A stretch of 64,000 nt of DNA, taken from the NCBI RefSeq assembly GCF_964355755.1, contig NC_092676.1:4007888-4071887 (forward strand), read 5' to 3'. The translations under genes were made by a program, and so were the position numbers. Source of the stretch: Antedon mediterranea. Its lineage: Eukaryota; Animalia; Echinodermata. The stretch's first letter is position 1. The number at the start of each line of letters is the position of its first letter. Below are positions 1 through 13,400 of the stretch, piece after piece. The notes under the pieces were generated by a model, which was not told the DNA's origin, searched no databases, and saw only the letters and a list, made by a program, of their open reading frames with translations.

Positions 1-378
1 ACACCCTTGCAGCAGCATCACGGAGGCTGCCAAAAACACCGTGGTGCGTGTGTACATCGCATCGCGGTGATAAAAAACCATGTGCTTGCTAATAACGTGA
101 CGTCATATCGCCCAAAGTTTCATCCTCTGTTTTTGGACACACTCGAGGTCAGCGATAGTTAAAGTAATAATTTATTTACGTAATACAATAATTGTTAATG
201 TACACAGTTTTTTTAGTATTTTGTAATAAACATGACACCCTTGCAGCAGCATCACGGAAGCTGGCCAAAAACACTGTGGTGCGTGTTGTACATCGCTTCG
301 CGGTGATAAAAAACCATGTGCTTGCTAATAACGTGACGTCATATCGCCCAAAGTTTCCTCCTCTGTTTTTGGACACAC
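1..378. repeat. ~235-bp tandem duplication (cut by window start)
   Basis: 1-143 recurs almost exactly at 235-378. Confidence 0.85.
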
Positions 379-1177
379 TTAACTCGCGCGGCAGCTACAG
401 TCAGTAAATGTTTTAGCTCTAGATAGACGGCGACCGGTTTCTATATTGTTTGGTCCATACCATCGTCCATAAAGGCTATACATGCTGATACTATCGATAC
501 GACAGTCGGGGTTTTATCCGTGTTTACAATTTCGCCATTTTTTTTTTCGGTCAAGTGTACGGGGTAAAAAATAAAAAAGGAATTAACGTCAAGCATGCTA
601 AACAAAAAATTAGTATATTATAGGAATGTTCTATAAGTTGAAAATGTTCAACAAAAATTGTGGAATTGTAGATGCTGATAATTTAATGTTGGGTAAGGTA
701 GTTTTAACAGCATTTTTTTATTGCCGTCGAAATGACGGTTTACCACAACATCATTTGCAGTTTCAAGGCCCTTTCTACAGCAATTGCCGTCGATCTTCAT
801 ATTATTATTAGATATTATTGTATTGAACTCTGTAATGTGTGGTGTGATATTGTCAGTACAGTACAAGGGTCCGTTAAATGAGCGTTTAACGAATATAAAA
901 ACGATCTGTTAGGTCGGCGGTTAACGGACGAAAACAACGGACGTTGTTCTTCCGTTGTACGCGTTAAATTCAATTTCATTGTACAGTATTAACCATGATA
1001 CGCTCTGCTGAGTACAGACCGCCCAACTCATTAACGTTTTGCATATTATTAACGCATTTAAACGTCTATTAACGGAGTAAAAACATTTGGGCACGCTCCC
1101 TAAGTATCCCAATATTTTATTGTTCCAAGTTGGAACCTGTGTAGACCTTATTAGAATAGTTGCCCTTGTTTTACTAA

Positions 1178-1334
1178 AGCTCTGTCCACACTATCAAACT
1201 TTATATGGCAGGAAAATGTGATGTGCCCATATATGGACATGATGATGTAATATCACTACCAGATTTGGGCATGTCACTACCATATTTGGGCACGTCACAC
1301 TTTTTTTGTCAAACTAGTTTGATAGTGTAGAGCT
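1178..1334. mobile_element. PIF/Harbinger-like MITE, family A, copy 1
   Basis: TIR AGCTCTGTC(C/T)ACACTATCAAACT; TAA on both flanks. Confidence 0.75.
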
Positions 1335-1374
1335 TAAAGTTCCATCGCAATGAATCCGTCTTGTTTTCTCGTAG

Positions 1375-1492
1375 GCCAGCCACTATTGCTACAGCAGTGA
1401 GTGCATTCACATCAAATCTAGCAAACATTGATCCTGAAGAAAAGAAGCAAGCTTTAGAAGAAGAACAATTAAGGCTTGCATCCATGAAGATG
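1375..1492 (+). CDS. PICALM: PICALM-like exon (PATIATAVS...EEEQLRLASMKM)
   Basis: ttctcgtag acceptor, gtaaga donor, phase 2 to 0. Confidence 0.9.
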
Positions 1493-4400
1493 GTAAGAAC
1501 ATCACAAATGAGATGCGGTCATAAGCCCCATCCTGGACTTAAAATTCTAAGTTATGGTCATGGGTGTTAATTTACCAAAAAAACAACTTGTGTATAAGTT
1601 ATTTTTTAAAAATGTTTTTTCAGGGGACAATCTTTAAATCTTTAGCACCTTGAGCACTTTTAGAGGATATGTGCGCTATATAAATTATTATTATTTATTA
1701 TTAACATAATAAATGTTTGTATTCGTGAAATGGAGAGTATAATGAGAGTTAAATGACGGAATGGTCTATATGAACAAAAAATGAAAACAAAAATCATATA
1801 ATTATTATTATGATATATTTTAATTAACATAATATTAACTATTATCCACAGCAAACCCATACATCTCCTCCAGTATCTGAGTTGAGTGCAGCACCAACAA
1901 GTAACAATCCGTTTACAAACACAGCGCCACCACAGGCTGTGACCTCTCCGTTTACAAACACATCAGCACCGCAGGCTGTGACCTCTCCGTTTACAAATAC
2001 GTCAGCGCCACCACAGGCTGTGACCGCTCCAGTCACCGCTCCTCCTAGTCAAGATTTATTTAGTGTTGCCACAACGAGTAAGTCTTTGAAATATATTAAC
2101 ATTTTCTGGTCCAGAAAAGTGAATGTGTGTAAATAAAAATGGCAGAAAGTTTAGAAGGCAATTCATCTCAGTGAATAAGCATATGCTGATCCAAGGTGGG
2201 GGAGGGGGCCCTCTAAATTTTGCTAATTGTAATGAAAAAGATAGGATACTAATTTTAGTTCGGCACCTAAAATTTGCCATCTTTAGGCCCTGGGGTCTCC
2301 CTTTCCCCCTATTCCATAATCCTGGATCTGCCACTAGATAATATATCAACTTATAATATATTAATTATTGGCAATAAATAAGCGCTATTTTCTAAAATAA
2401 AGGGCCAGGAGATGGTTGTTTTTTGACTTCAATTATCAAAAACAAAACGAAAACAACATATGCGTCTACCATGTTTGTTCAGTACCCACAGTGTGTTATT
2501 CTATTCTAGGAAACTACAATGTGATTTTGACTTTCGGACAAAAAATCCCTTTCTTTTGTTGTTGACATTTTTTTTCCACAATCTTTTCCAAAACTTAAGG
2601 AGACAGAAAGAAATAAAATATGTTTACATTTCAATTTCATGCTCCAACCATTCTCATAGTGACATGCTTTAGTGGTGAACATGCTTGCTTACCAGAATCT
2701 GGGGTTCAAATCCTGGCACAGGTCCAGTACCAAAATAATTGTCATCTCAATCTTTAGTGCTTATGTTTTATTTTTCTGCTCAATCTTCTGCCAATTATCA
2801 AGTCAAATCTCATGGGCTCTTTCAAATGCTTTACATACGTCATGAATATCATACATAAAATCAGCCATTCATGTTTTAGATTCATCACAATCACAGCCGA
2901 CGAGTAAACCGTCAGAAGATCTCATGGGCTTAACACCGAATCCAATGGCTGTCGTCCAGGCTACATTGCAGGCGCAGTCACAAATGATGCACCCTGGCAT
3001 GCCGAGCGGCTCCCCTTGGAGCTCACCGAACGGTAAGACAAATCAGATCCGCGCTTGTAATCACATGATACTTGCATGATAATGCTTCGCTTTACATACA
3101 CTCGCATTTATTCTTAAGCTCTGTCTACACTATTAAACTTGTATCACAAAAAAAGTGTGATGTGCTCGATTATGGTAGATATGACATCATCATGTCCATG
3201 TATGGGCACATAAAGTTTGATAGTGTAGACTGGCTTTAATCATTTACTTTGCTTTAATAATATTATTACAGAAAATTAGACGGGTTTGTGCCAAGCCCAT
3301 CACGCTAAACTGTAGGTTAATAAATCCATTTCCAATACTCATCAACCATAAATATTCATATATTAACAGCATATATAAACAGATTTAAAAATGTCTATAT
3401 ATTCCTAAAGAATTTTATCAAACTGAATTCTGTGAGTAACGAAAACTAATCTAATGAGTATAGTTCATTCCAATTTCCAGTACGTTCATGCATCGAAAGT
3501 TTAATGACTGGTTTTTTGTGCCTAAATGCCTGTGTGCGTATAAAACAAAACCATAGTTTGTGTGCAGAACGGCCTTGTTTTGTTTTTTTCACCGGATATA
3601 ATACTAGATTGAGCCAGCTTGAACAACCTAAACTAGATTGAACCAGCTTAAGTCAACCTAAACTAGATTGAACCAGCTTAAGCCAACCTAAACTAGATTG
3701 AACCATCTTAAGCCAACCTAAACTAGATTGAACCAGCTTAAGCCAACCTAAACTAGATTGAACCATCTTAAGCCAACCTAAACTAGATTGAACCAGCTTA
3801 AACCAACCTAAACTAGATTGAACCATCTTAAGCAAACCTAAACTAGATTGAACCAGCTTAAGCCAACCTAAACTAGATTGAACCATCTTAAGCCAACCTA
3901 AACTAGATTGAACCAGCTTAAGCCAACCTAAACTAGATTGAACCATCTTAAGCAAACCTAAACTAGATTGAACCAGCTTAAACCAACCTAAACTAGATTA
4001 AACCATCTTAAGACAACCTAAACTAGATTGAACCAGCTTAAGCCAACCTAAACTAGATTGAACCATCTTAAGCCAACCTAAACTAGATTGAACCCAGCTT
4101 AAACCAACCTAAACTAGATTGAACCATCTTAAGCAAACCTAAACTAGATTGAACCAGCTTAAGCCAACCTAAACTAGATTGAACCATCTTAAGCCAACCT
4201 AAACTAGATTGAACCAGCTTAAGCCAACCTAAACTAGATTGAACCATCTTAAGCAAACCTAAACTATATTGAACCAGCTTAAACCAACCTAAATTAGATT
4301 GAACCAGCTTAAGCCAACCTAAACTAGATTGAACCATCTTAAGCCAACCTAAACTAGATTGAACCAGCTTAAGCTAACCTAAACTAGATTGAACCATCTT

Positions 4401-7400
4401 AAGCAAACCTAAAGTAGATTGAACCAGCTTAAACCAACCTAAACTAGATTGAACCAGTTTAAGCCAACCTAAACTAGATTGAACCAAATATTGTCAGTTG
4501 TCAAAAATATTGCTAACTGGATGAAAGGAGTTGATAATTAGCAAATCAATTGTGATTGGCTACTGATTATATAACGTTTATGCAACTCCTCATTATTGTG
4601 TTTTACTATTACTGTATATTTTATTTTTCTTATTTTATTGTTACTGCAATGTATGAATACTATTTCATTTTTTAAAATACTGAAAATGTTTTTCATAGCT
4701 ATACATTGTTATTAGTAATGTTTTCTTTTTCTCGTTCTCTTTATTCGGACACTTGTTTGGCTTTACACTTACACTTTGTCTTTACATGCTTCGCTTGTTT
4801 TGATTCTGTGGATAGTTGGTCGTGCTTTGAAAGTACCACGCCCTCGTTCGCCATTCGATGACAACGTGGGAAATAGCGCATCTGCTCCTGCCAGCATCGT
4901 TGATAGCTTTCTTGGCGGTGATAATACACAAAGTATAGCATACCTGTTTATTACTTTGCTCTTTCTTTTGTATTTTCAATCTTTCAATGTTTCGCACATT
5001 AAACGTATTTAAAGCACTTGTAATTTTTTTTTTTTTTACTTTATTGAATTAAATGTCCATATGTTAATGTTGTGATCAAAATTATAAGAAATGCAGTTAT
5101 TTTGTTTCTTACATTGTCAGCATATAGTGTTTTGCTATATAAGGCCATATATATTTATAATTATGTTGACCAAATTTCAAAGTATATAGGTAATAATCTT
5201 GACCTAGATCCTTAATGATCTGAAGGTATGATTCCACACCTGTTATTTGAGATATTAGGTTTGTGTCCCACCCTAAAAACAACTTCTTTAGTGATCTCAC
5301 AATGTAAATATGTATGATTATTTTTATAACTAAAAATAATTCAATTGTTAAAAGATGAAGCTAAATGGCCCTGTTAGATATGAGGCTTCTATTCTCTAGG
5401 CTTGGCACCAACCAACCCGTTTACTAACACAGCAAAACCCAGCATAGGATCGCCGTCACGTGGCTATGAACGCCACAGCTGGACTCCAAGCATCCTAGAA
5501 CCAGAGGGTGGCTTAGAATCTGGCGGTAATGCCGTCGCTGATCTGGAAGCTTTCTTCAGTTCACCCTCCGTGTCCCCTAGCGGAACACCTACTCGCCAAA
5601 CAAGATCTGGTACTTTTTTGACATCTGTCATGACCCATTCCTCCTGTGTTTGGATGTTGTTGTGACTCCTCCCTCTTGTGTTTGAATGTTTGTCATGACT
5701 CCTCCCTCTTGTGTTTGGATGTTTGTCATGACTCCTCTCTCTTGTGTTTGGATGTTTGTCATGACTCCTCCCTCTTGTGCTTGGATGTTTGTCGTGACTT
5801 CTCCCTCTTGTGTTTGGATGATGTATGCATTTGGAATGTACTGTGTCTGGAAGTTATTAACCACTACCATTTTCCATGGTTTTTTTTTCAATGTCTAAAT
5901 TCTTGATATATCTTTTATTTTTTTCTCATTGTTTTGAATTTTCTCCACAGTACTATATTTCAAGTGGATGTACTGTAGTTATAAAATGAGTTGGACAGAA
6001 TGATTGAAAGAGAATGTATTAATTTAAAAAGACAGCGGTTGAAGATAAATAAAATTTAAATATAATTGTTTGGATATCTTCAATATTCTGTACACAAAAT
6101 GTCATGCAAATATTTTTTGATTTCTATGCACAACTTTATGGAGAACACCAATATTAGTGAGTTCTACTAGGCCCAATTTTAACTTCTCAAACCACCCAAA
6201 CTGGATAGCTGAAAAGCCTAATTTCACCATAGGCACTCCAGAATTCCTCTGGATATCTGAACGTACTTTATTTTTTTCAAACCTAGCTTTAACTTATTGA
6301 CAACCTAACCCCTACAATTCTCTACCTGCCTGGGACACACAGATCATGTTTTTTTTTTAATGAGGGTGATCCATCCATTTTGTCTAATAGAAGCACAATC
6401 ATGCAAGGGGATCTGAAATAAATACAGACTCTTTTTTTAACACCTTACACAAAGTTTAGATATGAATATGTAGCATGGTGGTAATTGTCTATCAACTGTT
6501 CAAATGATAACCCATGTTAAGACTTTGTTGTATTTATTTACCATATTTTCCCTACAATTTCAGTTATTTATGTAAATATGTGTTTGTATAAATATACAGT
6601 ATCTAATTTTAATCGAAAGTTTAATTATATTTTTTTTTTAATGAATTACTGTATACTTTAATATATTTTTATCCCGTACACACTGTATAATCATGAAAAT
6701 ATACATATTTTATTTATTAGATTATTATTATATATTTAAATAATGATTTAATTCCTCTTAAGCTCTGTCTATACTATCAAACTAGTTTGACAAAAAAAGT
6801 GTGATGTGCCCAAATATGGTAGTGATATGCTCAAATATGGTAGTGATATGACATCATCATGTCCATATATGGGCACATCATATTTTTTTGTCGCATAGTT
6901 TGATAGTGTAGACACAACTTAATGCTAATTAACAAAGGTGCTAATTTTTCACAGGCTGCTATACAATATTTAATAAGAAGAAATATTACTTTGTCATTAT
7001 AATTTTCAGGCATGCTGCCACCAACTAACTCTCCTTCACCTTCAACCAATAGCCTCATCGATCCAGGCTTAACAGCTTATAGTGCTAGGCCAATTCAAAC
7101 AGGTAATAAAGGTTGCACGCTGCAAATAGCTTTTAAAAGTCTAGCTTTTTTAACAATTTATCACTTTGTATTTAGACTAACATAACAATTTGGTACTAAT
7201 CAATACTAATGTTTTATAAAGCCTAGTTTCTTTAAAGTCAATATGCTGCTGATAAAATGTTCCGTTGAATTTATCGACATATGCAGAACAGTATCATGAT
7301 TTCTTAAGCGGGAAATTGAGTTTTTTTAAATCCACAAAATGGTCTCATCTTATTTTTCTCATCCCACCCCCTTCATCTCATCCCAAGAGATTTTTAATAT

Positions 7401-10400
7401 ATTTAATGAGGTTGATCCATCTAGCAATTGATGATCATTATACAATTCGGTTCATTTTGATAACCCCCTGTGTATAAATGCACGCATAAGTAAAAATTTG
7501 TGTAACGAACAAACTTCAAAATGTCTCTGTTAAAGATCCAACATATTTCGTCTGTCTCCAACATCAGGATTTTAAAAATTACAATTAAATTGATATTGAC
7601 AAATTAACGGAAAATTTAGTCCTGCCAATGCCATGTGCCAGTGAACTTATTGATTTTAAGTAAAACAGGCTTAAGTTTCTATTTAAACTCAAATAATTCA
7701 AATCAAATTTAATAACAATAATACAGGTAGGTATTTGAGTTATCAAATCATTGCTTAGTTCAGAATTGTCTCATTGCTCTTAATTTGTAATATAGTTTGT
7801 AACAAATAATAATAGAAACACAAAATACATGAATCGACCATAATACGCATGACATGATGACCATTTGGCTGATGGCAAGGAACGGGAATGCGTTGATACA
7901 TTTCGGCAGGTATTGTTATATCTCCCAGAAATGTTAAGGACAGTGTTTAAATTCTGGTACCCTCTGGAATTTCCCCTGGGATGACAATGTGTGTGACACC
8001 CTGGTACCTTGGAATTTACCATGGGATGACAGTGTGTGTGACACCCTGGTACCTTGGAATTTACCCTGGGATGATAGTGTGCGTGACACCCTGGTACCTT
8101 GAAATTTCCTCTGGGATGACAGTGTGCGTGACACCCTGGTACCTTGGAATTTCCTCTGGAATGACAGTGTGCGTGACACCCTGGTACCTTGAAATTTCCC
8201 CTGGGATGACAGTGTGCGTGACACCCTGGTACCTTGGAATTTCCCCTGGGATGATAGTGTGCGTGACACCCTGGTACCTTGGAATTTACCCTGGGATGAC
8301 AGTGTGCGTGACACCCTGGTACCTTGGAATTTACCCTGGGATAACAGTGTGCGTGACACCCTGGTACCTTGGAATTTCCTCTGGAATGACAGTGTGCGTG
8401 ACACCCTGGTACCTTGAAATTTCCCCTGGGATGATAGTGTGCGTGACACCCTGGTACCTTGGAATTTCCCCTGGAATGACAGTGTGCAAGGCACCCTGGA
8501 ATGCCCGTGGCATCACCCCTGGCATCTTGTGTTTCTACTATTTTTGTTATAATATAGAATGCTTAGGAATCTGTAGAACCAAACCCTCACGTCAATAACT
8601 GTATATATTAACATAATATTTTTATGTACAAAATAATTCCAAGAAAAAACATTTCTAAACGTCAACTTCCAATTAGTTATAATGAAATAACTACTGAAGT
8701 AAACACCAAATTACTGCAGTAATCATTTCATTATAATTGATAAGAAATTAACCTACAAACCAGCATGAGTATCCAACATTTTTCAGATGACCTTTGACCC
8801 CAAGTAAGTGTCGTATGCTTGTTATTGTTTTGTATCACTGTGCATTTTTTCCTTCATTTTGCCATTCATTGTTAGGGGTCATGCAAACTCAAGTAGGGGC
8901 TAACTTTGATCAAGCCTTTGGTACGGCATCTACCAAAACGTCAGGTAGGTTCATGCAATGGGTATTAATACCCAAAGAAGGGGTGCAATCTAGAAGTAGT
9001 GGTACAATCTAGAATTAGGATACTAACTTGAAGAACGGATATAGCAAAGGGGAAAAGGTCATTCCGAAATTCTAGAAACAGATCGAAGCCCTGCCCTTTT
9101 GTTTCATAATAGTTCATATTATTTATTAATACAAATTTTTCATTCACTAACATTTTTTTTTTTAATTCAAGTTCAACTTTAAAATGAGATATTTTTTTTT
9201 TTAAAGCAATTCAAAGAACGGGTCATTCTAAACAAAAAATTATTACTTAAACTAATGATGTTACTGTATTGCCAAACAATTGCATTTTACTTTAAAGGCC
9301 AAAACTCGAGTTGCAAAAGCTGATTGATTTTGATCTTTTTTGTCACATTTTATTGTTTATTTTATGTGTGACATGAGTGACAAATAAAGTATTTACACAA
9401 ATGTATCATTTCTTACATTGAATCCAATACAAATTTTAATTTCTGCCATGTTGTCTTATATTTTGTTGAATTTTAACAATTGTTAATAACATTTTTAATT
9501 CATTTAGTGTTTATTAGAGATTATTTACAATAATGTACTATGCATGTGCTGCCCTCTCTTGTTTGATTTATCCAAGGTAAGCCTGTGTGAGGGCAGTATA
9601 ATTGTCAAAACCTTCTAACCATTTCAAGATCTTGTCTCATGTTTAATTTCCCAGGCATGCAAAATCATTACATTATGATTATCTTTAATCCTCTATCTCA
9701 AATTTACTATGTATGTGCTGCCCTCTCTTGTTTGATTTACCCAAGTTAAGCCTGTGTGAGGGCAGTATAATTGTCAAAACCTTCTAACCATTTCAAGATC
9801 TTGTCTCGTGTTTAATTTCCCAGGCATGCAAAATCAATTTACGTTGTGTATTAGAGATAATAGTATATGATTATCTTTAATCCTCCTTGTCTCAATCTAA
9901 TGTACTATGTATGTGCTGCCCTCTCTTGTTATTGTTTCCAAGATAAACCTGTTTGCTTGCAGTTTAAAGTTTAATATATGAATATTATTACTATTATTAC
10001 GAACACTTTGTTTTAATAAGTAGAATGCTGTCAGAAAACTAATATAATAATTAACAAAATAAAAAATGATTTCATATTGATAAATTTCAGGCGGAGCTGA
10101 ATTACTCGGAGAGGTTATGCAGCCGATGAACAAGAGAATAGAACCAACACCCCCCGCAGAAAATCTTGTTTCAAATGGAACAAGCAAGGATATTGATAGC
10201 ACATTGGCACATCTAGCCACTAATCTAAATATGAAAGGAGGAACACCGAAAAAGTAATTATATATGACCTTTGACTCTTAATTTCAAATTCAGATATTTA
10301 CTTACCTCTTAGAAATGTGTGTATACTCTACACTTATTTTTGTTTTATTTCAACAATATTTTACAAGGGTGGTCCAAAGCTGATCATTAGGGACCCTCAC

Positions 10401-13400
10401 AAAAAACAATATGACAAGAAATAAACATATAACAATTCTCACTGATTGTAAACAATTAAATTAAAATTAGAATTTATAAAGATAAACAAAATCAAATAAT
10501 GCACAAAAAAATTTGAATTTAAAAAAATGTAAAATTAGAAATAAAATAAAATAAATATGTATTGTATGTATGTATATTATAACTTCTCTTCCCCATCTTC
10601 TCCCACACCCCCTCCTCATCCTATCCAAGCAATCTCACTGTACTTTGTGTCTACAAGGACTTAATATTATAACTTCTCTTCCCCATCTTCTCCCACACCC
10701 CCTCCTCATCCTATCCAAGCAATCTCACTGTACTTTGTGTCTATAAGGACTTAATATTATAACTTCTCTTCCCCATCTTCTCCCACACCCCCTCCTCATC
10801 CTATCCAAGCAATCTCACTGTACTTTGTGTCTACAAGGACTTAATATTATAACTTCTCTTCCCCATCTTCTCCCACACCCCCTCCTCATCCTATCCAAGC
10901 AATCTCACTGTACTTTGTGTCTACAAGGACTTAATATTATAACTTCTCTTCCCCATCTTCTCCCACACCCCCTCCTCATCCTATCCAAGCAATCTCACTG
11001 TACTTTGTGTCTACAAGGACTTAATATTATAACTTCTCTTCCCCATCTTCTCCCACACCCCCTCCTCATCCTATCCAAGCAATCTCACTGTACTTTGTGT
11101 CTACAAGGACTTAATATTATAACTTCTCTTCCCCATCTTCTCCCACACCCCCTCCTCATCCTATCCAAGCAATCTCACTGTACTTTGTGTCTACAAGGAC
11201 TTAATATTATAACTTCTCTTCCCCATCTTCTCCCACACCCCCTCCTCATCCTATCCAAGCAATCTCACTGTACTTTGTGTCTACAAGGACTTAATATTAT
11301 AACTTCTCTTCCCCATCTTCTCCCACACCCCCTCCTCATCCTATCCAAGCAATCTCACTGTACTTTGTGTCTACAAGGACTTAATATTATAACTTCTCTT
11401 CCCCATCTTCTCCCACACCCCCTCCTCATCCTATCCAAGCAATCTCACTGTACTTTGTGTCTACAAGGACTTAATATTATAACTTCTCTTCCCCATCTTC
11501 TCCCACACCCCCTCCTCATCCTATCCAAGCAATCTCACTGTACTTTGTGTCTACAAGGACTTAATATTATAACTTCTCTTCCCCATCTTCTCCCACACCC
11601 CCTCCTCATCCTATCCAAGCAATCTCACTGTACTTTGTGTCTATAAGGACTTAATATTATAACTTCCCTTCCCCATCTTCTCCCACACCCCCTCCTCATC
11701 CTATCCAAGCAATCTCACTGTACTTTGTGTCTACAAGGACTTATGCTATATTTCTTTCTATCTATCCAATGTTAGTTTCATTATGACGCATGACTTATTT
11801 CACGGAAAACATAAAGAATTACTAATAATGAATATTTTAGTGGTAATCGTTTCTCAACGTTGATAAGAAATTGAGAATTGAGATTGACAATTAAAGTTTG
11901 TACATACAGATTTAAATCTGATTGGTTATTTGGTTGCTGGACAAAATGGTAGACAGTTGATTGGTTGGCTTAATAATAGGCAGTTGATTGGCTGGTAGCT
12001 TGAAACAAGTAAAAGATAGTTGATTGAAAGATGGACAAAATTTAAATAGACAATTGATTGGTTGAATAAGGTGTAAAGAGCCAAATAGAGGACAAAACTT
12101 AAGAGAGTTTATTGGCTAGTTGTTCAAAAAAGTTATAGATGAAAGATAGACGCATGGTTGACAAAATTAATGATGTTTGATTGGTTGGCAAAATTAAAGA
12201 TGTTTCATTGGCTGGTTCATTGTAATCATTTCTATCTATGTTTTAAAAAAAAATAAAACATCATGTCCTAATTTATTTAAAGATATAATGTCCCCCTAAA
12301 AATATAATTTTTTAACATATTTTGTAGAATATTATTATTATTTTAATGTCACATATTAGTTATTCACTTTGACCAAAAATTGGATCATAAACAAAATGTA
12401 TTTACCAGAAAAAATTTAATTTAATGCAAAAAATAGTCAAATGGTTTTTGGTTGAATTTAACTGTTTGTTTTGTCATTTTATAAGTGAAAACATTATTTT
12501 TTGAGTTCTTTTTCCCAATTGAAGTGATTAACTTAATTAAAACTACAAAATAACCTATTCAAAGTCTGAATTGATTAATCTTCATTTTTCATGCTTTTGG
12601 GGGACAATAAATGTTTACTGATAATTTTCAGAGCCGATCACCAATGGACCAAAAACCCTTCCAAGAATATGAAGACAGGTGGCGCTAATTGGGCCCCACA
12701 ACAGACAACGTCAACAACGACATGGCCACAAGGACAACAATATATGGTAAGATATAAATAAAAAGAAAACATCATTTCATATTTAATACCCGATTCACTC
12801 TAAAAATCTAGTAAAATATCATCTTAAGCTCTGTCTACACTATCAAACTAGTTTGACAAAAAAAGTGTAATGTGCTCAAATATGGTAGTGATGCTTAAAG
12901 GACAACTTTCCCGAGGACCATATTTTAACAACGTATTAGGGATGTACATATGATTTCAGAACCATCGCGAATTAAGGATATTGCTGAACGCGCTCGCCGT
13001 ACAGCCGTCGCCGTAAATTGCTGTGACGTCACAGGTGCATTGCAAAATTTACGTAATGATTTTTCAGGCAAAGTCTGTACGGCGAGCGTGTGCGGCGATA
13101 TCCTTAATCTCGTGATTTTTCTGAAATCATATGTACTTCCCTAATACGTTGTAAAAATATGGTCCTCGGTAAAGTTGTCCTTTAAATATGGTAGTGATAT
13201 GACATCATCATGTCCATATATGGATTTTTTGTGACATCAATTTTGATAGTGTGGACAGGACTTAAGTTCTGAGTCAAGAAACAGAACCCTCAATGAAAAC
13301 TCCAATTTATATATTTTTATGTAATTTTATGGTATAAATTTACAGAAATTTGTAACTTTTAAACTTGTATAAATATTTATCTAACAAAATGTAATCACAA

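Noticed and set aside
8787-8803. 17-nt segment between tttcag and gtaagt (possible poison microexon, would read GAT GAC CTT TGA)
   Set aside because: Frame-breaking, overlaps the common TGACCTTTGACC word; no support without RNA data.
3653-11646. Long repetitive ORFs at 3653/4083, 5628-5906, 7934-8598 and 10825-11646
   Set aside because: They are translations of intronic minisatellites whose unit length is a multiple of 3; no splice signals or phase fit.
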